Shown in pieces: positions 38,201 to 53,200 of a stretch of 64,000 nt of DNA (its first letter is position 1; each line of letters opens with the position of its first letter). The translations under genes were made by a program, and so were the position numbers. The DNA is from Paragordius varius (Eukaryota > Animalia > Nematomorpha). The notes under the pieces are model-generated. The model made no database searches, was not told where the DNA came from, and saw only the letters and a list, made by a program, of their open reading frames with translations. The stretch lies in NCBI GenBank assembly GCA_964247055.1, contig OZ176055.1, positions 9,858,001 to 9,922,000 of the forward strand, in the 5' to 3' direction.

Positions 38201-41200
38201 TCAAATTCACCCCTAACTATATTATATGTTTTTTAAGATTCAAAATTACCAATATTTTTATATATTTTAAAAAATAAAAATTTTATATCAAATAATATTG
38301 AACTATGTCATAAAGATGTAATGCATACTTTTAATGAATTATATTAATTCGAAAACACATAATTAATTTTTAGGGTGAATTCGAATTGTGCAAGGGTGAG
38401 TTTGAATTGTTCAAGGGTGAATTTGAACTGTAAATATACTTTTTTTCGTAAATAATTCATTCATTTTATAATATTTGTTGGCCTTTTTTAGCATTACTCT
38501 CGTATATTGGATGATTATATTGAGAATGATGTTGAGGGCCATTCTTTATCAGTCATAAGTACGTCCGTTCAATTGTACACTGTCCCCTCGCTTGTATTCA
38601 TTTTTTTTAGTTTGATTTTTATACAAAGTAGTGGGAAAATGGTAGAAAAGTATTAAAATAAAATATACAGAGGATATATATGATTCCTTCCTCCCTTTTT
38701 TTCGATCGATTGATTGATTGATGATTGTTAGAATCTAAACTGTCATATTTGTTTTAAATTTCCATTCTTACCTTCGAAAGCCAAATTTTATACTGATTAT
38801 CATTGTTTTTTGTGTTTAATCTAACATAGCACTATGAAAATAAAATACAAGTTATAACCCCATTTTTCTCGATTGATTTTGATATGTTTTCATACCAGCC
38901 AGCAAGCTTAACCAAACTATTCGCCTCTGAAAGAAATTTTTCTTTTCCTCGAAAGCAATGTTGCTTAAGTTTTACTGTGTTTGTGTTAAAAACTAATATG
39001 TAATTTATGTTTTTTATATGTTTTTTTGTTGCATTAAATACATAGCATTATGCAACAATGGCCAAAACTTATGTTTCGATCGAAGATTTGTGGGAAGATG
39101 ATTCCATCTCCGATTTTAGCGTTCAAATTTTTACGACGCCTTCTATTGTGAGTTTTCATTTACTCTCTAAAGTTAAAAGGGGGGATCATGTTGATATATA
39201 TATCTTATTTTGATACTTTTCTCCTTTACCCCCCCAAATTTTATTTTATCTTTTTTTAAAAAATTTTTTGCAATAAAATATGGATATATTTTAATTAATT
39301 TATTGTTATCTTGGCAACAGGCAAAATATTTGATTGTCCACAAAGACGTGTTGACTGTCGTCATAGAAACTTTTATACAGATTGCTAAGAAATATCGGAA
39401 TGGTATGTAATGAGCATATTCATATTTAATATTTTTAGCATTTTAACTTAAATAACTCGTTTTTTTTAACTTTATATACCTAGCCGACGGAAAATTGAAT
39501 TTCGATCGAAATCAACCACATACGCCGTTCAGGAGAGCACAATACATACTCAATGATTTACAGTTTTTTCTTTATACCATTTTCTTTGCACTTATCAATG
39601 GGAAACATATATTGTTTTTGTAAATTTTAGTTACTTGCTATCCGCCCCTCCCAAGGCTTCTGAATGGACGCATCTTTTGAAGCGAAATTTCCTGAATGGT
39701 TTCAATTCCATGCTTAATCTGCTATCTTCGATTCAGGTATTATGCTCTGTTAGTTTGTTTGTGTGTCCCTATAAATACTTTTTTTTGCTTTTGTGATATT
39801 AGAATATGGATCAGATTGTTCGTCAAACTCGCCAACACGTTGATTACGAACCGGAATGGGAAACCGCTTTTAATCTCACGTATAAGTTAATTCCTTGTTT
39901 GTTGGGATTCGAACAATGGATAGCCTCCTCTTGTAATGGTATAATTTGTGGCATTCGCTACCCTTATTTTTGTTCAATATCACTTTTTTTGCTACTATAC
40001 CATTTACAGTTCAAAATCACCCTTGAACAATTCAAATTCACCCACTTTTGAACAATTCAAATTCACCCTCAAATAATTAACATGTTTTTAAGATTAAAAA
40101 TTACCTATATTTTAATATATTTTTACAAAAATAAAATTTTGTTTTAAATTAAAATAATACTGAAAAAAATAATTAATTATGCGGCATAAAGATATATTTT
40201 ATATTAATAATGAGTTATATTAGTTCGAAAACACATAATTTATTTTATGGGTGAATTTGAATTGTTCAAGGGTGAATTTGAATTGTCCGAGGGTGAATTT
40301 GAATTGTCCGAGGGTGAATTTGAATTGTTCGAGGGTGAATTTGAATTGTTCAAGGGTGAATTTGAATTGTTCAAGGGTGAATTTGAATTGTTCAAGGGTG
40401 AATTTAAACTGTAAATGGTATATATAACTCGACAGAGGACCTAAAGAATAACTCAGAATCTATAAGACGTGTCATTTCACCCGACAATTTGTTAGTTAAA
40501 GCGTTTGGCAGAACTTCAAGGGCTTTGTTTCGTCTCAACAAAAAGTTTGGGGTTGAAAAGATGAAATATCCCATTGTTTGCGCTTCACAACTCAGCCACG
40601 CTACACAAAATGATTCTGACAGCTCTTTAGGTAACTATTTTAAACATATATACAGTAAAAATTAAAATTATACGGACAAAACATAGATACACATTTTTTT
40701 CAAAAGATAGCCATACTTTTTTTGTATATAATTTTTTTATTCATTCTTTTATATTTCAAAATATGTATAGAGATGTATATTGGAAACAATCAATTATGTA
40801 TTTTACAATTGTAATTATAATTTATTTGGGGAAAAAATGGAAAATTTCAAAAAAAATATGTTGTCTTTTAAAAAATATTTGTATCTATGTTTTTACTTTT
40901 TGTCTGTATAACTCTAATCAATGTTTACTTAATTAATATCGTTTTAAAATAAATTTTAAGCTTTATTTTATTTGTATTACACACATATATAGATGTGGAA
41001 ATGGAAACTCTTTCAACGATGCTTAATATAGAAGTCATCAAGTATGATGTTGCGGCTCAGCCCGTTTCTGTCCATTTACCCATAACTCGACTATATATTG
41101 GTATGTGGTATTCTAATAGAAATGTTTAAATTTTATAAAAATTCTCTTTTTTCAGTTAAAGTTATCAAAAATTTGTATAAAATATACATATATATATTTG

Positions 41201-44200
41201 TATGTGGTATTCTAGAAGAAAAGTTGAAATATTATAAAAATTCGCTTTTTCAGTTAAAGTTATCAAAAAAATTGTATAATATATACATATATATATTGGC
41301 ATGTGGTATTCTAGTAGAATAATTGAAATATTATAAGAATTCGCTTTTTCAGTTAAAGATATCAAAAAATTGTATAATATATATACATATATATATTGGC
41401 ATGTGGTATTCTAGTAGAATAATTGAAATATTACTAAAATTCGCTTTTTTCAGCTAATATTAAAAAATTGTATAATATATATAATATACATATATATATC
41501 CTAATAGCAAACTATTAACAGACGCTAAATTTGTATTGCTATACTTTTTTGAAATTAACGAGGGTAATAAGGTTAATATTTATTTCCCTCTATTTTAAAT
41601 ACGATCATGTGTTGTTAGGGTTATATCTTCAATTGCTGGAGTTGGGCTTAAACTATGACTCTCCTTGCCTTTTGCTTGATATTCCAAGAACAGCTGATAA
41701 AAATGCCTCTCAACAGACTGAAGATATAAACAACAATTTCAATGATGAGAATACTGCCACAGATAATACTACAAATCTAAATGCCCGAAAAGATACTATT
41801 ATTAATAAGGTAAATATATGAGATTTTAAGAAAATTTAGTTTTTTTAATAATCCCGCAAAAATTAGTTGGACATTTTAATAAAATAAATAAAATTTTAAA
41901 AAAATTCGCGCATATATGTTTATTCAGGATTTGCATTAAAATCCGCAATTACACAGTAAAAATTGAAATTATACGGACATAACGTAAAAATATAAAGACA
42001 ATATTTTTTCAAAAGACAATCATACTTTTTTAAAGTTATATTTTTTAATATAACTGATTGTTTTTTATAAATTGCAAAGTATGAAATAGAGATGTTTAAT
42101 GGTGTAATACAATCAATAATATATTTTACATTTATAATTATATATAGTTAATATAAGAAATAATAAGGTTTAATATAGTATATGGGATTGTCTTTTAGAT
42201 AAAAAAATATATCTGTCTTTATATTTTCACGTTTTGTCCTTACGTATAAATTCAGTTTTTACTGTATTTTAAATAAAATTAGCATTAAAAGTTAAATATA
42301 CCATTTACAGTTCAAATTCACCCTTGAACAATTCAAATTCACCCTTGAAAGATTTAAATTCACCTTTGAACAATTCAAATTCACCCTAAAAATAAAATCT
42401 TCGAACTAATATAACTCATTATTAATATGAAATATATGTTTGTGTTATAGTATATTATTTTTCCAGTATTATTTTAATTTAGAACAAAATTTTTATTTTT
42501 TAAAAAAATATAAAAATATTGGTAATTTTTAATCTCAAAAAACATATATTTTATTTGAGGGTGAATCTGAATTGTTTGAGGGTCAATTTGAATCGTTCAA
42601 GGGGGAATTGGAATTGTGCAAGGGTGAATTCGAACATTCTTTAAGGGTGAAATTGAATTGTAAATGGTATAGTATATGGGATTGTGTTTCAGATAAAAAA
42701 ATATATTTGTCTTTGCATTTTCACGTTTTGTCCTTCCGTATAAATTCAGTTTATACTGTATTTTAAATAGAATTCGCATTTAATTATTAATGTTTAAAAT
42801 AGTATATGGCGTTGTCTTTTAGATAAAAAATATATCTGTCTTTATACTTTTACGTTTCCTTCCGTATAAATCTAGTTTTTACTGTATTTTAAATAAAATT
42901 CGCATTTAAAGTTAAATATTAATGTTTAAAAAAGTATATGAGATTGTCTTTTAGATAAAAAAATATTTCTGTCTTTATACTTTCACGTTTTGTCCTTTCG
43001 TATAAATTCAGTTTTTACTGTATTTTAAATAAAGAATTCTCATTTAAATATTAAGGTTTAAAATAGTATATAAGATTGTGTTTCAGATAAAAAAAATATC
43101 TGTCTTTATATTTTCACGTTTTGTCCTTTCGTATAAATTCAGTTTTTACTGTATTTTAAATAAAGAATTCTTATTTAAATATTAAGGTTTAAAATAGTAT
43201 ATAAGATTGTGTTTCAGATAAAAAAATATATTTGTCTTTAAACTTTTACGTTTTGTCCTTTCGTGTAAATTCAGTTTTTACTGTATTTCAAATAAAGAAT
43301 TCGCATTTAAATATTAAGGTTTTAAATAATGGGGTTGTCTTTTAGATAAAAAACTATATCTGTCTTTATATTTTCACGTTTTGTCCTTCCGTATAATTAC
43401 AGTTTTTACTGTATTTTAAATAGAATTCGCATTTAAATATTAAGGTTTAAAATAGTATATGGTGTTGTCTGTTAGATAAAAAAAATATATCTGTCTTTAT
43501 ATATAAATTCAGTTTTTACTGTATTTCAAATAGAATTCGCATTAAAAGTTAAATATTAAGGTTTAAAAAGCATTTTATATCCCAATTTAGGATTACGGAA
43601 AAACGCCAAGCCCTACAGAACTGATGGAATATCCGTTGAGATGTGTCGTCCTTTGTGCTCAAGTCTTGGCTGGAATGTGGCGCCGAAATGGTTATTCCCT
43701 CCTAAATCAATGCTTCCTCTACAAAAATGCTAAATGGCGACATTATATGTATGATAGGTTGGTAATTTTCTTTTATGCAAAAACATTTTTAATGGGATTA
43801 TGCTTAAAAACCACATAATTGCAATATAAAATATAGACAAAACGTAAAAACATAAGGACAATTATTTTTTAAAACCTTAATTTTTAAGATAACTCATTGT
43901 TTAAATATGCAAAGTATAAAATAGAGATTGTGTAATGGTAACACAATCAAATATATATTTTACAATTGTAATCGAATAATTTATATTTGAGAAAAGTACG
44001 GTTTAAAAAAGTATGGTGGTCTTTTGAAAAAAAGTATTTTCTTTCAGTTTCGTTTTGTCCGTATAATATTAATTTTTACTCGATATACAAACATCTTTAA
44101 TGGGGTTATGCTTAAAAGCAGCCGCATAATTGAAACATACAATAGAAATTATACGGACAAAACGTAAATATATAAATGCAAAAAAATTTTTCAAAAGACA

Positions 44201-47200
44201 ACCCTATGATTTTTAAGTCTGATTTTTTTTTAATATATAAATTATTTAATTACGATTGTAAAGTAATATATCATTCATTGTGTTACCAATATACATCTCT
44301 CTTTTATACTTTTCCAATATAAAACAAATACGACGAGTTCCACATAAAAAAATCAGGTTAAAACATGCACAGCGGTCTCTTGAAAAATATATTTGTCTTT
44401 ATATTTTTAAAATTTTATCCGTATAATTTCAATTTTTAGTTACGAAATCAATTATACAAATTATGTTTTAACATTTTTTGCTTCAGGGATATCATGGCGT
44501 TACAGATTGGTGCATCCATCATGTTACAGAAATCTTTTGATTCGGATTCTGACTCTGCATTAGCTCGAAAAGAAGATACGTTTTTGCTTAGACTTTTGAA
44601 TAAATATGATTTATCCCTATTTCTTCAACGGTTTACAGCTCAGTGTTTAATGTTTATGAATATTGATATCAATCAACACAAATCACCTCCAAAGATTAAT
44701 CAAAATGTGACAAATATTGAATTTCAAAGTATCATCATTGGCTCAGATTTGTTGGAGAAAATACCCCTTATAGTTGCTATACAGTCTCGAGCATTAGGTA
44801 TCAAACTGTTTTTACTTATAAATCTGTTTTTAGTTTGAAATATCTGTTTTTTTGTTTATAATATAGATATCAAAAGTATGCTAAGTTCTCTCCATGATAG
44901 AGTTACCTGGACGCACACATTCAATCAATCAAAAAACAAAGTTGATAAAGTTGATAAAGACACAGTTGACAAGCAATTGTCACATTTTACTGACTGCTAC
45001 ATTAGCGATTGGTGGTCCGATCAAGAAATTGTTAAACAAAACATTACATTGTTGGAGGAATATTTAAGCCTTGTGATTTATATTACAAGTTAGTATTGTA
45101 AATGAAACTTGTCCATAAATGGCGATTTTTTTTAATGGGTTTTTTGTTGAATAAAAAGGGTTTAAGTTTATTCTCTTTCTTTGTGTTTTAGGTGAACGGT
45201 ATAACGTAAAGATTGGACGTACAACTGAAATCGATATAATACGCCGTCAAGTTATTCATCAGCTGTGCCTGGGACCTTTGGCCCACAGTGAACTGTGCAA
45301 GGCATTACCGGAAAACGTAAATTATTAAACTATATAATTAATCGCACACATTTTTTAGAATTTGATAGAAATTATTATGGTTTTTGCTATAAAAATAAAG
45401 GACAAGGTTTTTTAATAATTTAAGATTTATGTTAATAAATATTTTTATAAAACTTATGAATGAATAATTTTTTATATTTGGCTTTCTTAGAGTTCAAAAC
45501 ACCCTGATTTGGAAAATATAATCAAAGAAGTGGCTCAACTTAAGTAAATTACTTTATTTATCTTTAAAATTAAACTTGGACTTGTTTTAGCAAAAAAATA
45601 TTTTTATGATATAAATTTATTAATAATGTATAGAAAAAGCACTGAACCAACGGCTAAATTGAAATATGTGTTGCGCGTTGAATTTTTTAGCCATTTCGAT
45701 CCATTCTATTATCATTATACAAAGGGTGAACTTAACAAAGCTAATGAATATCGACAATTACGACTCGGTCAAGATTTGAAAATTAAAAGTATAACTATCG
45801 AGAATTCTTTTGAAAATTATAGAGTTTAAATAGTGAAAATTGAAATTCTGCACATAAAACATAAAGACAACTATTTTTTTCAAATGACAACCTTACTTTT
45901 ATAAACTGTAATTTTCCCATATGAATTATTTGATTATGATTGTACAATACATAATTAACAATACCAATATACAGTAAAAACTGAAATCGTACGGACAAAA
46001 CGTAACATTATAAAGACAAATATATTTTTTCTAAAATATACCATACTTTATGAATCTTGATTTATTTCAATATAATTCATTGTTTTAAATGATAAAATGT
46101 GATGAAATAGAGATATAAATTACTAACACAATCAATTCCATATTTAACACTTGTAACTAAATAGCTTATATAAGAAAAATTAAGGTTTATAAAAGTATGG
46201 TTGTCTTTTATAAAAAATTTTTGTCTTTTGTCCGTATAATTTCAATTTTTACTGTACTATCTCTATTTCATACTCTGCAATTTAAAATAATGAGTTATAT
46301 TTTAAAAAAACAACGCAATTAGTTACTCTTATAAGTACCACAGCGGTTTTTCAAAAAAACATTTTTCTTTTGTCCGTATAATTTCAATTTTTACTGTATT
46401 TATTTTTTGCGACGATAACAGGTCTAATCCCTCCAAAACCGCCCCAATTTAACACTGCCTTTACCGTTATAAGCGGTCTTTTATGCAAAAGTGAATTTTT
46501 ACTACAAACTCAAATGGTGATTCTTTACGCTTATTATATGAATATGTCCTTCAGCAAAGAAAATAAAATTACCTCAAAACTATTGCCCTTGTTAACGCAC
46601 ATAACTGAAGAATTGGTCCATCAAGTGAGATTAGTTACTTACTTTCTTATTGTTAAGGCTAAGTTATTCTTACTTTTATTTTTTTTTCTTTTAGGTTATT
46701 CATTTGTTCTGTTTGGCGCTGTATGAAATATCTCCTTATAAAAGCAACCAAGATAATCAGATTGGTTTAGCCTACTTCACTAAAGTCTTAAACTGTAAGT
46801 TTTGTTTTTAATTTTATGATATAATATAGTGGGAATACCTCAAATGCTAACGAAAATCAATGCAATCGATACATCTACCCCTCATTCGGAACTCATTATT
46901 TTTGCATTAAAAGTATTTTTTTTTCAAATATATAATTACTTGGTTTTTTTCAATTTAGTCAAATGTTACGTTAATATTTTAAGTATGTCCTTTGTTCTGG
47001 AGAATTATTGAATACTCACTCCCCTTTTGTTTTAATATATTTCTAAAATTTATCCAATTTTTAGATGTTTAATGAGATTTATGAGGAATATTTTGGTCAA
47101 GTTTCGCCACTAATCGCTAACACCGCGCAAACTCAAAGTAATATTTTATATTTTTTATCACATTATAAATAAAATATAACGAGGCATAAGAGACCTTATT

Positions 47201-50200
47201 TTAAACCTTACTTTTATGATATAACCAATAGGTTATTAAAAAGCAATTAAAATTAAGTTTTCTTATTTAAAAATTATAAATTTATATTTAATTTTTCAAA
47301 TAACATAACTCATGCCATTTATAATATATATATATACAGTAAATATTTAAATTATACGGATAAAGACAACCATACTTATAACCTTGATTTTTTCGATATA
47401 AAATATTTAATTACAATCTTGATCTACATAATTGATTGTGCTATTAATTTACAATTTATATTTTGCAGTTTAAAACAATTAACTTAAAAATTAGGATTCA
47501 AAAAATATGGTTGTCTTTTAGAAGCAAATATTTATCTTTATATTTTTACATTATGTCCGTATATTTTCATTTTTACTGTATTTTATACATATCTTATTTC
47601 AGCATCGCGCGAGAATATGGATATAGTTAACTTAAACTCATCAATTAATGCAATCCAAACTCAACAGGATGAATTGCCTTTAAATCCCCCCACAGTTAAT
47701 GTAATGCCAAAAGAAATTAATAGTGAAAATTCCTTGAATAAGATGGTGAATAGTAAAAAGAGCGGTGAAGTTGCTCGAAATCGAAGGCATAAGATTTTGG
47801 CCCAAATGTCGCGGGCTCAGAAAGCCTTTATAAAAACGCACAAAGATTTGTGGCAAAGTGTGGCTGCTCCAACGCCGCCACCTCAACAAAGTATAAACTC
47901 GTTTTTAAAATTTTATAACTTTCCTATTTTTATTTATAGATATATATACGGTAAAAGTAACCCTTGAACAATTCAAATTCACCCTAAAAAAATTATGTGT
48001 TTTCGAACTAATATAACTCATTATTAATGTGAGATATATATATATATGTTTATGGGGCATAGTTTATTATTTTTTTAGTATTATTTTAATTTAAAACAAA
48101 ATTTTTATTTTTAAAAAAATATATAAAATATAGGTATTTTTTAATCTTAAAAAACATATATTTTATTTAAGGGTGAATTTGAATTATTCGAGGGTGAATT
48201 CGAATTGTTCAAGTGTGAAATTGAATTGTAAATGATATATATAGTAAAAGTTTAAATATAGAGACAAATATTTTTGAAAAAAAACGCTTAATTTTTAAAC
48301 TTTAATTTGTATATACATAATATTATCACAATCGTAAAATTCATGATTTGTCCTTATGTTTTTACGTTGTGTCTGTTTTTTTTCAAAAAAAACATTTTAA
48401 CTATAATTTTTTATGTAAATAATTTTATTACAATTATAGAATACATAATACATTGTGTTACCAATTCACATCTCTATTCCATGCTTTGCAATTGTTAAAA
48501 CATTACAAAATCATGTTAAAAAAGTTTAGCGATGCGATCTTTTGATGAAAAAAATTATTTATAAGGTTATTGTGGCTGTATAATTTAAATTTTTACTATA
48601 AATATACTTTTTGTTTCCAAATTTATAACTTTCCTATTTTCATATGAAAGATGCGGTCGAACAAATAACATCCTGTGGTGTAACAGATGTGCAGCAATCT
48701 ACACCAATATTGTCCAATCAACAAGGTTTGATTTTGAATTACTTTAAATAAACTCTTTAAATACATCATACCTTTAGATTGAAATTTATACTTAAATACT
48801 AATAATTTTCATTATAGGCGCTGCTGTGAGGGAAATAAGTGAAAAGGAACGGAATGTTTTACCTAATAACTTATCTAGGTATGTATTATACATTATTTGA
48901 ATTTCCTGTATCAGATTTTCATCTTTAAAATATGTAAAATCTTTTTTGAGACCATTTTCGAATTAGCATTTATTTTTTCAGTTTTATTTATGTGGGGCCA
49001 TACTTTTATTAATAGTTTAATTCATCTTTTCAATTTTTATTTCATTACTGAGTAGTAATATCTCTTAATATTTTTTACCCTTTTTCCTAGTCAAAAATTG
49101 TATCAGACCGATCCCAATGTTAAAACATCATTTGAAAGCTGCGTTTTCTCACCTCATCGCATGAAAGAAATAATTGGTAGACAAAAAAACCTTAACAGCA
49201 GAAATGGAGAATGCAATGTATTGAATCAATCAATGATATCCAATAACTTTCCTAAATTCACGTGCATTCTATGCCAAGAGGAAAACTCTATTGCTGTTTC
49301 TTTAGCTACTAAAAATGGTGGACAAAACGACCTGAAACAAGAAAACGGACTCCAGAATACTCTGGTTATGGCAGCTTTTGTACAAAAGTAATATATTTCT
49401 ACAAGTTTAAAATGATTTTTGAATTGGGTGAAAATGCGGTAATCAATTTTTGCCTTTACAGTAAAAAGTGAAATTATACGGACTAACTCATTGTTTAAAT
49501 TTGCAAATTAAAAAATAGATTAGTAAATTGGTAATTACTTTTTATAGATTGTAATTACTTTATGGAAAAATTAAACTTCAAAAGGTACGGTTACTATGTT
49601 GTCCTTGTATTTTTGCGTTTTGTCCGTATAATTTCAATGTTCCCTTTACTTACAGAGAAAATTTTTTTTTATGTTACATGAGAATATTGATGTAATTCAA
49701 TTATTGTTATTCATAGTACAACATCGCTATCAAGATTAAATCCAATGTCACCAAAAAATCCACACGAAGAAATAAACGATGATGAGTTAGACGTGCGGAC
49801 AAATCATATGTATGCAGTTTTTTTTGTTAAATTACAAATCTATTAGTTTAGATTAATTTGTTACTAGTTTATATTTATGTTCACTTATTGTTGGTCTATT
49901 GGCATTACACAGTAGAGCATGTGTTATAAAACAAATTTTGTCCATAATTAAATAAATTAACAAGTTATGTTGTGAGATAGGAAAAATTGATATTAACATG
50001 TCTTGATTTTACCCATACAGTGATGTGCTGCCAAATAACCAATTATAATGTGAATAAGCCAGCTCAAATATGCATCTATACTAATCAATTATAAGGGAAT
50101 ATCATAATATACCATTTACATTTCAAATTCATCTTTAAACAATTCAAATTCATTTTTAAACAATTCAAATTCACCCTAAAAATAAATTATGTGTTTTCGA

Positions 50201-53200
50201 ACTAATATAACTTATTATTAATATGAAATATATGTTAATGGTATAGTTTATTATTTTTTCAGTATTATTTTAATTTAAAACAAAATTTTTATTTTTTAAA
50301 AATATATAAAAATATAGGTAATTTTTAATCTTAAAAAACATATACATTTATTTGAGGGTGAATTTGAATTGTTCAAGGGTGAATATGAATTGTTCAAGGG
50401 TGGGTGAATTTGAATTATAAATGGTATATAATACTTTAGAGCTCCAAAGGCGTATGATACCATAGTGCGGAGTTGTGGACATGTCATGCATGAGAGCTGT
50501 TGGAGTCGCCTTTGTGAAAACGTCCTTAAACGAGAACGGACTCAACTGTCTCGATTCCGATTTTATCATAGTGCCATCGATATTGATCGCCGGGAATATA
50601 TGTGCCCTCTTTGTAATGCTTTGGGAAATACAGCGCTGCCTTTATTCCCTCACCACCCTTATTTAATTGGGTTAAATTTGACCCCACATCGGAATGAGAG
50701 GAAGGAAGCAGTCTCTATAGAAGAAAATAGGATGGATGTTGAAAACAGCCAGCAAGTGAATACTGATGATACATCGATTGGTAAGATAAATAGATAGATA
50801 TACCATTTACAATTCAATTTCACCATTAAACAATTCAAATTCACCCTCAAAAAATATAAGTTTTTTAAGATTGAAAAATACCTATATTTTATATATTTTT
50901 CAAAAAATAAAAATTATGTTTTAAATTAAAATAATACTTAAAAAATAATAAACTATACCATAAACATATATTTTATATTAATAATTAGTTATATTAGTTC
51001 GGAAACACATAATTTATTTTTAGGGTGAATTTGAATTGTTCAAGGGTGAATTTGAACTGTAAATGGTATATATTTGCACACATTAATGTGTTATTTCATA
51101 CCTTTCGGGTTTTAAACGCGTCTGCACATAGATTTAAACCCCTCTATAGTTTAAACCCCTCTATAGTTTAAACCCCTCTATGGCGATTTGTAATTTAAAA
51201 TATACATTTTTTGGTTTCAATAAGTTTTAAACTTTTAAAGTATTAATCTAAATTGAAAAACCTATGTGATTAGTTTTCTTTGTTGCAATTAGATTGGCAA
51301 AATGCATGTACCAGCAATCAATTAACCTCGTTCTGCGAACTTAATTCGAGTCCGGTCCTGAGTGATGATATTTTGTATGGTGATTCCATACCCTTTTACG
51401 CTTGGATGAAATTAATCCGAGCTTGGGTCAAGTTAGTACTAGTAAAATCCCGCTCTGTAACAGAAAATTCGCCTCTTTCTGCTATTACAAAAAAGGCTGG
51501 CAAAAACGCTAAACGAATATCGAATGACTCCATCAATAATAGCACAAACAGAAAAAGTGGAGAGGAAACAGATCATTTAAAGCACGAAACGTCTCTTAAT
51601 GAAAACTTGGCAATCGGTAAATATTTTATCATATAAATTTGGACATTTGTTTTACTCTCTTTAAAAACGTATATTTATATAGAAAAAGAGAAATTATACC
51701 GACAAAACGTTAAAATGTAAAGACAATTATTTTAATCTAAAAGACAACCATACTTTTTGAAACCTTATTTTTTTCATATAAGTTATTTAGTTAAAATTGT
51801 AAAAATATAGAAATGATTATGTTAGTAACCTATATCTCTTTTTCATACTACTTTGTCATTTTAAATAATGAGTTATATCGAAATAAATCAAGATTTGAAA
51901 AGTATAGAGCTGTATCTTTTAGAAAAAAATATTTGTTTTTATATTTTTACGTTTTGTCCATAGTATAATTTCAGTTGTTTTTACTGTATTTATATAGAAA
52001 AAGATAGTGATGGACGCACTTTTTTAAACGATCCAACTGCCGCATTTATTGATGATTGTTTTCGCCCAAATGACGTATTACTCGATAACTCCAATATTTA
52101 CAAAGAATACTTTAAATGTTGGCTCGCCTCCAATATGATATCATCCCCACTTAAGGAATCAAATACTAACAAGCCAGCAAATGCCACCTCAATATCCCTG
52201 TCTACAATGAACATGATCCAAGCATTCAGTTCTTCTATATTAACGGTAACTCATTTTGATTCAATCGACAGGCGGACTCGTAAACTATTGGATTAGAGAG
52301 ATAATTTATTATTCCTTTTTAGATATCAACGGAATCACATCCATACGACGAGCATAATGAAACCTTGCCCCTGACGGCTTGGCAAAGTTTGGCATCAACC
52401 ATTCAATCCATTTACTATTATGCCGCTTTTGAAAGTAATGTACGATTTCCTGCCCAAAACGCTTCAGATAATGGACACTCTAACGACGAAGATACCAAAA
52501 ACTCTAAACACGAATCTGAATCATCCGATATAAAGCCGAGTCAGGACTCGATAATATCCGAAGAATTAACAAGCCTACCCATTAGATATGTGCAATGTTT
52601 AAAGTAAGGCCCCTTTCTGTGAAATATATTTTTTTATTATAAAAGAACTTTTATTAATAGTTTGTCATTAATGGAAAGAGTAATTAATTTTCATAAAAGT
52701 TATTATGTTTATGATTACGAATTTCGATTGTATGTTTGAAATCAATTTCCAAGTCCCTTGTTAACTTTATATTCATTGTAGGTATTTAGTGACTTTTGTC
52801 AACTATCTGAGTAGCAATATATTAAGCACAAATCCCAACCTGCTTTCACAACAAGCTATCCATGCATTTTCTAAAATGTTTGGTCTTTATACTACGCACC
52901 CCCAATTCTTGCCCTCTAAAGGCAGTTCGGATGACAAAAGTTTGTTTTTATACCCCCAATAATTTGACACAAAAAATGAATTAGAGTTTTTACGATTTGA
53001 ACTTGTTTAAAAACTACTTTTTAAATTTTAAAATAGGGCGGCCTCCTATAAAGTTACAATTGTATGGAACACCTCCTCTTGTGAATGCGCATGATAACAC
53101 CGAGTTTTTCTCAGAAGGCTATGTTGAATTTGAACCAGTCTTGGATGTTTTATTGGCAAATAGTGACAATATTGATCACCCTTTCCTTGCACAAAATATG

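Noticed and set aside
38893-38970. Possible third alternative UBR exon ([14 protein letters not shown])
   Set aside because: It runs into TAA without a compatible donor, and the similarity to the next exon is too weak.
41098-41365. ORFs on both strands in the 99-bp intronic repeat
   Set aside because: They are out of frame with the UBR exon and simply repeat with the tandem unit.
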